Positions 55,318-64,000 of a stretch of 64,000 bases of DNA are shown in pieces. The notes below the pieces were generated by a model. That model made no database searches, was not told where the DNA came from, and saw only the letters and a list, made by a program, of their open reading frames with translations. Every line of letters starts with the position of its first letter. Within the stretch, counting starts at the first letter, position 1. Source of the DNA: Balanoglossus misakiensis (Eukaryota > Animalia > Hemichordata); assembly GCA_040954595.2 (NCBI GenBank), contig CM082585.2, positions 9,846,564 through 9,910,563 of the forward strand, given 5' to 3'. A program made the translations under genes and the position numbers.

Positions 55318-58300
55318 TTATCGCCGTTGTGGCCAGGTCTGGCCTTTCTTCTCCAGCAGATGACTAATGTATGATGTGATTAAGTCATCCATTTTATAAC
55401 CCTGAAAAGTTAATTTGTTTTTAATTAATTTAAAAAATAACTAAAACCACTCCCATGGCAACAGAGTGACCCTCATGTAGATGGCTTTTATCCCCCTTTC
55501 ATTCAATGTAATGGTTAGACGCACTTGTACACAGAGGTTATTTATTCATAAAATAAATACGCAAAATCCCTTACCATTGGTGTGAAGCAGGTCAGTTTAG
55601 TTCCCTTGACCAGATTGCCAAAAGTGATGTGGAAATAACCATGTCCACTGCTCCACGTGGATATTCTGGAGAATGGAAAACTCTGCAGTTTGGCTTTGGT
55701 TTTTGATTCAAAGATAGTCACGCCATGCATGCTGATCCCTATCACCAGAATCTCCGGCATTTCTGGGTGAGAATTTTGCTGAAATCAGAGACAAGAATTG
55801 TTATGAAGGTACAGCGACACCAACACGTTTACATCCTGTGTCTTCAGGAACAGTTTCAGATCAGGAAAGTTTCTTATTTAACATTTGGAGTCTCAGAACA
55901 TGCAAACACACAGCGGTAGTTCAATGATAACCTTTGAAAATTGTATGTTACCTTGACATCATAGAAACTGCATCCAAACGTTGGCCACTTGCCTACGATC
56001 TTCATGAAAGCCACCTTGGCTTCAGATCGTGTCATACCATCAGTATGTCTGCTGTGTGCTGCTTCAATCTCCTGGAAAGAAGAGTGAACATTGACACTGA
56101 ATAAACACCAGACTTGCTACTGCCTGTGGTTTTAGATACGTACATGACAGGTTACCTGCATACAGCTTTTTCAGAACAAACCCAAGTCAATACCCCACCT
56201 GAGACATGAAGACTGTGATAGCTAGAAATTGACTAGTTAATGTGGTGATAATTTTTGTTCTTACCTTCCTCCAGTTTTCAGGAGTCATAACCGACAACAA
56301 ATCTTCTGGTACATACTCTTGTCTCTTGTGACTGGCAATCGAAATGAACACAAAAAACTATGATAATTACACTTTGACTTGGTGGGTTTTCAACGATAAA
56401 AACTCTCCCACCTGTATTTGAAATTTGACTTAATTACTTTCAATTTTTTGGGAGAGAAACTTGCTCATCTGTTATTTTATGTCATTGCATCTCTTGGATG
56501 GTAAGGCAACTTACGAGATTTGACCAAATTCGGTTTTATCTTCACCATATCTGACTCTGTATTGTAATGCTGCTAATTCTATTGCTTCCTCCTTACTGCA
56601 GGGATGATAACCTCTCAATACTTTGGGTAATTCCTGCAATGGTATTAAACAGCTGAATAGTATTGACATTGCTTAACCACACTTGATTATACAGTACTAC
56701 AGACTTGAGGAACACACCTAAACTGTAGAAAATAGTGACAAGGTACAAACCACTCACCTGATGATAATGGAAAACACAGTCAGCATTTACATCTTTGCCA
56801 GGAACCACATTCAACCAGAGTTTCCTCATGAAATAGATCTGATAACTCGCAACATGGCTGCCTGAATTGCATAAAAACAAAAGAATGTTATATGCATGTA
56901 TTGTCTAGAGCATTCTTTACCTACCTTGGTAGTTTCTGAGAATATGTTTCAGAATGGATTATGCGAAAAGTACCTCAGAGTTTTCCATTTTTGCTATCAT
57001 TAACCTGTTCATCATACGTCAAATTACCTTCTGAAATGGTGATTTATCTATCACGAATTTTACAGTGTAGAATTATACACACGTGCAAGTTACACACTTC
57101 TACTTCTTTCACTAAATGTGCTTTTAAAGTAGTACACACAGAATTTTTCAGAACATATTTTAATTCTTTCCAATTTGATAGAGAAGTGCCTGAAAGTGCA
57201 ATTTATGTGCAATTATTTTGCAGCTGATGATTATAGATAATGTAACTGTCTATTAAAATTTTTCAAGCTGACCCTAACACCACAAGTTTAGCAAATTTTA
57301 CATTAACAGGAGTGTCACTTTTATGTGAAACAGACTTACCAGCCCCTGACAATAGTAAATATCCCACATCAACATCAGCTGCAAGTCAAGTTTAAATGTC
57401 ACAAATGTTTGATCAGTTCAAGGTCTCAAGCAAACATTTCTAAAATCCAGGAAGGTATTGATCAGTGTAAACCATAGTATGCTATAGTTGATTCAAAACC
57501 AAGTGGGTCGCTGAAACCAAAATTACAAATTCTAGGAAGGAATATTTTCAACACGGAATGAAGTGTTAGTACTCACATTCAGAGACTTTACAGCAGAGGC
57601 AGGAAGCTTTTTGGGGGAGAGAAGCATGCAGTCTTCTGAAATGCAAAAGGTTCATAGCAGCTAGAGACTGTGTTAATAGCAGGATCAGATATTACCAACC
57701 CACCAGTTATGGCTGGGGTATGATTGCAAGGGATAAGTGTCCAGGAGGTAACTGCCCTAGAACAGTTGATCATTGCAACACACTCTTGGTCACCTGGCAA
57801 ACAGATGATTAGGTTATTGTAGATTTTGATATCTATCAAAAGAGAAGAGGGATTTTCTGCAACAAGTCGCATTTTACTTGAGGTAGACCAGAATGACAAA
57901 GAAACCAGAAGACTTAGAAATGCAAGGGTAAGTAAAAAGTTGTTGTCAAAAGGAGATAGCAAGTCCTATTTACAGTAGGACATGTATTTTATGCAGCATT
58001 TTTCCAGAAGTATATGTTCTGGATTTAGTGTCAAAGGCCACTCACCTGATTCTTTGGATTTCATGGTTCTTGTCCAATCAATAGCATTGCCAACAAAGTC
58101 AAACAGGAAGTCATTGTCGGGAATGCTGAGAACTGGAAAAAGTGGATGATCGCAGTTAGATTGACTGATGCTTAGAATTCATCATTATATAGTGAGATGG
58201 TTTGAAAATGCTGATTTCTTCATAGTAGGAATAACATTACTCACCTTTGTCTGCAAAGTTGACAAACAGGTTGAATCCTTCTCCAGATAACAGTTTGACA

Positions 58301-58383
58301 TGTTGTACAATGAGTTGCGATAATTCTTTGGCTCGGGTCCAGTAATGCACAACAAATGGCTGCGGTTGAAACAGAAATAATGT

Positions 58384-58469
<86 letters not shown>

Positions 58470-59946
58470 ACCACAGCTGTATAGGATAATGGGAATTGTT
58501 GACCTTCCTACCTGTGTAGCACCATTTGGGAAATGTACCAAATGGGTCATTTCCTTAGATTTATTCTGCACTGCGTTGACTTCGATCAAATTTGGCGGCT
58601 GTTTGCGATGACCTGTTTTCAGTACGCTCTGAAATCTGGCATAGCTCTGGTTAGCCTCTTCAATACTCTGCCTGGATAAGAGAAACTTCACCAGGTGTGG
58701 GAGAAGAGTTTCGCTGCATGTGAACAATCCTGTCACAAGCAGCATCAATTCCCAGCATCTCTCTTCAGTATGCCTAAGTAATGAATGAATAAATGTTTAT
58801 TTATTTGAAAGGTAGCATGATGCATTCATATGTTCCTAAAGAACTAGGAATGTGATTGGTTTTGTATTCTGGACAGTTACAGCATGTCATGGATGCACTG
58901 TTAGAAAATGGTATGTTGACCACATGACTTGAAAATGACAACAGCACTACAATTTCTTCACACACACTTACTTATGTTTGTTGTGGGTGAGTTGTTTCAT
59001 AATTTGGCAGTACACCTCATCCCTCAGAGGTTCAAAGATGATAGCTGGTCTGAATATGTGGTCCGTCACTTCAGTGTTTCCACGACTTCTCTTCAGGTCA
59101 TTGATGTAAGCCAAGATCAGTGAGATTTGTTAAAGAAAACACTTGAAATAATCTCTTAATTAAAGTTCCATCATATTTGGCTTATTCCAAAATTTCTATA
59201 TGTTGCATATCAAATGCCAATCTGATTAAAATCAGATGTAGGGTACGCTTGGTTTACCATTACCCGTGATTGATTTACTGTTTAACTAGATTATTGCGCC
59301 TGAAAGGATATATGTATAGATGTGGACTGCCTGTTTTGCAAGGTCTTGGTTGATGAGGGTTTTCTTCAGGAGTGGTTCTTTGATGGGTTCTTTGCTGTAG
59401 CTCCACAGTTTGTCTTCTGTGTGGTGTCGGAACATCCCTTTCTTGACAGGAGGTCTGCAGTAAATCAATTAATTAATTAATTAATCAATCAATCAATCCA
59501 TCCATTGTTATGATAATACATAATAACTGCACAAGACAATTTCAAGTCTCTTATTGGTTGAAAGAAAATCTTGTCATGTTAACATGCTTCAGCCAGACTT
59601 ACCTGAAGTAGGTATGAGAATACTCTTCTAGTGTATGAAGTGCAGCTTGGTCTTCAGCATTTGTTTTCTCACCTCCCATACTAGAAGCCACGACTTTCTC
59701 TCTTGGACTGTACTGAACCCCACTTGTGTCCTTCACATCTTGGTGGGTGATCTCTAACACAGCCACTGCTTCTGCAGTGCTGGCGTTTTTGTCAGATTCT
59801 CCGCCATGACCTCCTGACGTTCCCTCTTTCTTCGCATGCCCGTCAGTTTCCATGGCACCCTTTTCTGGTTTCGAGTCAGACACGCTAATTTCCACTTTAA
59901 GTTCACTTTTCTGGGCTGTGTCTGAAGAACCCACATTTGTTTCCAT
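55318..59946 (-). CDS. Motor-less myosin-VII-like protein: novel low-complexity N-terminus plus a single MyTH4-FERM module (diverged duplicate of the MYO7A 3' tail), about 598 aa
   Basis: Exons 59603-59946 (ACC-ATG-G start, METNVGSS...[12 protein letters not shown]), 59312-59454, 58972-59119 ([14 protein letters not shown]), 58512-58773, 58245-58359, 58046-58132, 56758-56861, 56515-56633, 56265-56331, 55952-56071 (WPTFGCSFY), 55575-55778 ([21 protein letters not shown]), 55318-55401 ([13 protein letters not shown]...stop). The frame is intact and intron positions and phases match the last 12 MYO7A exons. Confidence 0.9.
58384..58468. repeat. (GAT)n trinucleotide microsatellite, intronic
   Basis: About 28 perfect units, lying between exons 58512-58773 and 58245-58359. 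Confidence 0.95.
59120..59311 (-). other. U12-type AT-AC intron in the headless MyTH4-FERM gene
   Basis: 5' splice site ATATCCTTTC at 59311, branch-like TTCTTTAAC near 59129-59137, 3' end ATCTCAC at 59120. Splicing restores ...[13 protein letters not shown]. Same position and phase as the MYO7A AT-AC intron. Confidence 0.9.
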
Positions 59947-62409
59947 GGTAATTCGACTTCTGACAACACTTTCTAAGACTAGCCTTTCCACTTGATCTTA
60001 TCCAAGCATCAAAGTTATGTTTGGCCTACAGAGTATGATTTGGCGCATTTAACACACATACAGCATTCATAGAACTTGGGGATGAAAATGATCTTTTCAA
60101 CTACCAGTTACCATGCAATCCTGACAGTAGAGCTCTAAAGGTTTGATAGGATAATCAACACAAAACTTGGTCAACTCTGAAATCAAACCAAAAGTATCAT
60201 TATTAGAAGAGGTTTGGTATTTCCATAGAAAGTTTTCAAACAGCAACGTACACATGAAGTGATGAACAAGCAGCAACTGAGTGGCATTCTTAGGGAAATA
60301 TGCAGTGACAGCTATGTTCATGGGGCACATTTTATTACATTTCAAGGATTTAACTTTGTATGCAAAGAATGGCTTATAATACAGTACATTTCATTGTGTC
60401 TGGTGTAAAGGCCAATAAAGCGTGAACTAACCTTATGGTATGGGTCATACAGTCACAGAGAATACACTGTCTAGAATACAAAACCAATTATGTTCCCAGT
60501 TCTTTAGGAACATATGAATGCATCATGCTAACTTTCGAAAAATCACATTTAATCTTCCTAACGATATCAATTAATGAAAAAGTTACTGCTACACCATGGT
60601 TTGGTCTAATAGTCAGATTTTTAAAATAGAAGCAGTGTAAAATATCCACAAATGTGAAAAAAAAAAAACATTCTGAAGGTGTTCACGATTTGAATGGATT
60701 AATCAGAGCATAAAAAGTGACCTCTGAACTCTGTGACCCCCACAGATACTTGGGTATTATCACTCTTTCACAACACACAGTGTAGAACACAGCTAAAACA
60801 TTTTGCCTTTGTTGCGATACTTTAAAATTAAAGCATTGAAATCATGAATTTTCTATTTTTGTAACACACTGCATAGCAGAAAGTAGGCTGTTGGGGTTGC
60901 TATAAACTTCAACATCTCTCCAACCACTCCCCTCACATAAAAGCAGCAATAAAATCGTGTGTTCCACTTGTTAGTCTCTTGGCCAACTGGTCCTACTGAC
61001 TGAATGACCTGTTTTTCGGGTAGAGAGAAATTAATGCCATGCTATGCTAAACTTTCATTTACATTGCTGAAATTTTTCCTAGCATTATTTACACATGAAA
61101 AGGGTTACTTACCCCAATCACAAGACAAATGTTACACATACGCGATCCAAAATATGAGGGTGGGTCAAACCTGACCGGTCAGTCAGTGTGTGTATATGCG
61201 CAGACATAAAGTGAAGAGGCCTTGGCTTTTTGTGTTGAAATATTTCGAGTAGCGATTCTTTTCCTTTTACTGTCATGTGTTTGTAAACAAATATTTAGAA
61301 TGACAAGATGCTAGTTTTATGAAGCTGCTTGGGAGAAAGTAATAGCCACGAAACTGACCTCAATATTTGGTAAAAAATCAAGTTACACACAGGTCAGCTG
61401 AATTGAATCAGACAAGAAAAGATATCTGTTTTTGACTGATCATCACTAATACAGTATATAGCGACTGGTATTAAAAACTTCACCACAAAGACATTGATTT
61501 GTTCTTTCATAGAATTGTAATGCACTAAATGTAACAGCAGGCCACCTACTAGTCTCACGTTTCGACTTACATATAAAAGCTCGGAATCCACTCATACAGC
61601 TGACCTGTTCAATTGTGCTTTTCATATTAAAGTATTGTGAGAGTGACGCATTCCATTTTTGGCTGCGTGTCAATCATTTGCACAACTTTTTAGGAAAAAT
61701 AATGGCTTTTTGATACTGTCGTCACACAACTATTGTATGACATTTGTGGAATTCATGGTAATTAACAACTCTATCTCTTTTGCTGAAAGCTTCTAATGAC
61801 AAAATTCTGTTATAACAATAACATTTCAATTCATGATTGTCTAGAAGCCACATCATGGAAATCCTATATGTCATCAACACAGACTTATTGTAACCATGGT
61901 AACACTAAGATAATACCTGCTACACCATTATAATCAAACTGATTTAGCTCTGCAATACTTTAATGCTGAATACTAGTGTTCTATCAAGTACATGCAGCTC
62001 TCAACCAACCATTTATTTTTCACAATGCAAAGATTTGGGAACTGATTTTGTTTTATTCCTATCAAAAAAAAGTAAGTGCGTGCGCTCAAAGGTATTCACT
62101 TTCAAGCATGTAAACAACACCCAGCAGTTATCCGTGACCTCAAACCAGGTAAACCACAGTTCAAGGTTTCTGCAACACTGCAATATTTTAGCGCCACTTA
62201 ATCAAAGACTTAACCATAAAAAAGCACCCTCTTCCACTTTATTATGTCATGTTTACATTTCTGCAACCTGTGTTAAAAGTGTACTTTTCAAACAAGCCCA
62301 GCCTACATGTACACAGGTGTGTGCGTAAGCCAGGGGGCAGTCAGCAGTCTTCAAACTTCAAAGCATCCAATCGAATCCCAAGAAAGTGTATCGCTGAATG
62401 GTATGCGGA

Positions 62410-62700
62410 CTTACCTTCACCTGTTCGCTGTCAATATTCAAATTCGTGTCCTTAAACCATGTCCTAATTAATTAAGTAACACTTACCATTGACAAAATCA
62501 CGCACTCAACACTTATCGATTTTCTATCTTCACTCTGTTTCGTACACTTTCATATGTAAATTTTCGCGCATAATGTTTTTGCCTCGATCTGGATACCGGA
62601 AGTCTCGTTTTCGGTTCCAGGGAAGCAGACGACATTTATTACATTTCACTGTTTACGACGACGTCTGGCGTTTTACTGAAACTTCTCAAAGGTAACGTTC
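62410..62700. promoter_or_regulatory. Putative compact bidirectional promoter (headless MyTH4-FERM gene / SYCE1-like gene)
   Basis: CpG-rich patch with ETS-type motif CCGGAAGT at 62596-62603. Minus-strand donors g|gtaagt at 62414 and 62486 and a plus-strand donor aag|gtaacg at 62692 point away from each other. Confidence 0.5.
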
Positions 62701-62941
62701 TTTTATCACGCCTTTCACACAAAATTGATAATCTTGATTGCTTTATTTAACTCAGGTAGAATGGTGGCAAACGTATTTTCGAAAATCACATATTTCAGAG
62801 TCTCTCTAGTACCTCCATGGTAACATGAGCATAAACATAGCCACACTTGACAAACAGGTACATGTAACTGCATGTAACAAACGAACGTATTCATTTTACA
62901 TCATCTTAATACAGAATATACTGTCTTGGTTCGTCGTTGAA

Positions 62942-63916
62942 ATGGATTCCCCATTTCGTTTGGAAGTCATTTTTGACACCATACAGGAATTACAGCAAGG
63001 TGGGTTGAAACTTGAGACTATTATGATACAAATTTGAAATACATGTAATGTGGATAAGTTAGTGCACATCACTGTTGAACATCTTTAGTACCCATTTCAG
63101 TTTTCACCAGGATGGGAAGTTTAATACTTGATCTGATCTCAGCATCCAAAAATATAAGACACACATAAAAATGAGGTAGCATATAAATAGCTACCACGCT
63201 AGCTCAAAAAGTATTCACATGATGATTCGTATAATAAATTGTTACATTTATAAATGCTGATCCGTTCATCTCTCCTCTTTTAACAGCAAAGGCACTGAAT
63301 GAAAAGAAACTGAATGAGATCAGAAACAACAGAAGAAGCTTGGAAAATAAACTTGATGCTGGTAAAACCCACAAGAGAGATTTTATCTTGAAAACATATA
63401 TTCTCTATGAATTCAACTGACTTTTATTTAAATTGAATTTTAACTGCCAGTTTTTTGGATAAATAAAATAATAAAGTATTGAATTTATTTTCAGTTTCAG
63501 CCAGACATGCTCAAGCCAGTGACACCAATAACAAAATGGTGGAAACTCTTAAAATTGCTCAACACAAAGTGTCTCAGACTAAAAGTCACATTGACAGGTA
63601 AGTCACAAAAAATAATGAATAACTGCAATATATAATGCTGTACATGAAGATTTGCTTTACTTTTGATATATTAAGAATTTTATTTTCCACTATGTTACAA
63701 AAGGCTTAACATGAAAAAGAGATGATGCCAAAACTATAATCATTCCACTGTAGATTAGTTTTAGCTTGAAAATTTTCCAGCTTGATTTGATGCTGAAAAT
63801 AGTTTACATTTTCTGTCAATTGCTAGTCAAGAAGAAGCCAACCAGATTATAGGTAGAAGAATTAAAACTTTGAATGAAAAGGTGCAAGAAGAAGAGGCGA
63901 AGCAGCAAAATGAAAC
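62942..63916 (+). CDS. SYCE1: Synaptonemal complex central element protein 1-like (5' part; continues beyond the window)
   Basis: Exons 62942-62999, 63287-63361, 63495-63597 and 63827-63916 splice to MDSPFRLEVIFDTIQELQQAKALNEKKLNEIRNNRRSLENKLDAVSARHAQASDTNNKMVETLKIAQHKVSQTKSHIDSQEEANQIIGRRIKTLNEKVQEEEAKQ. This is colinear by eye with the recalled human SYCE1 core (RVEVLINRINEVQQAKKK...LQKELDSL...KKQETLRIL...ERISALNLQIEEEKNKQ). Confidence 0.7.
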
Positions 63917-64000
63917 GTGTGTATTAAATCATTTTTACTGGACTATTTTTTACAATCTTAATCACAACACTATTTCTGCAGAATGTTTGCTCTGAGGAAG

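Noticed and set aside
57577-57635. Possible extra exon in the headless gene (tttcag...gtgagt)
   Set aside because: At 59 nt it is not frame-preserving between the phase-1 neighbouring exons.
58185-58748. Poly-His and poly-Ile ORFs in the ORF track
   Set aside because: They are translations of an intronic (GAT)n microsatellite. The real exon ends at the gtagg donor at 58511.
63101-63175. Exon-like segment in the SYCE1 first coding intron
   Set aside because: It has stops in the usable frames, and skipping it gives a gap-free SYCE1-like alignment.

Overview
This is intron-rich animal genomic DNA, probably from a marine invertebrate deuterostome (inferred from gene content and repeat style, not proven). 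Five spliced genes were reconstructed by hand. (1) The first two coding exons of anosmin-1 (ANOS1/KAL1, minus strand), running off the left edge, with a CpG-rich non-coding region of about 10 kb upstream. (2) A complete myosin VIIa (minus, 42 coding exons, about 2172 aa). (3) An uncharacterised protein of about 845 aa with a possible ubiquitin-like N-terminus, TPR-like repeats and a C-terminal SGNH/GDSL-like hydrolase (plus, 17 coding exons). (4) An intact but motor-less ('headless') diverged duplicate of the myosin VIIa second MyTH4-FERM tail (minus, about 598 aa). (5) The 5' end of a SYCE1-like synaptonemal complex gene (plus), head-to-head with gene 4. Both myosin-VII genes carry the same U12-type AT-AC intron. 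Several MITE-like elements and microsatellites are present. The most notable candidate system is the headless MyTH4-FERM gene, which may share a bidirectional promoter with a meiosis gene. No rRNA, tRNA or CRISPR features were seen.
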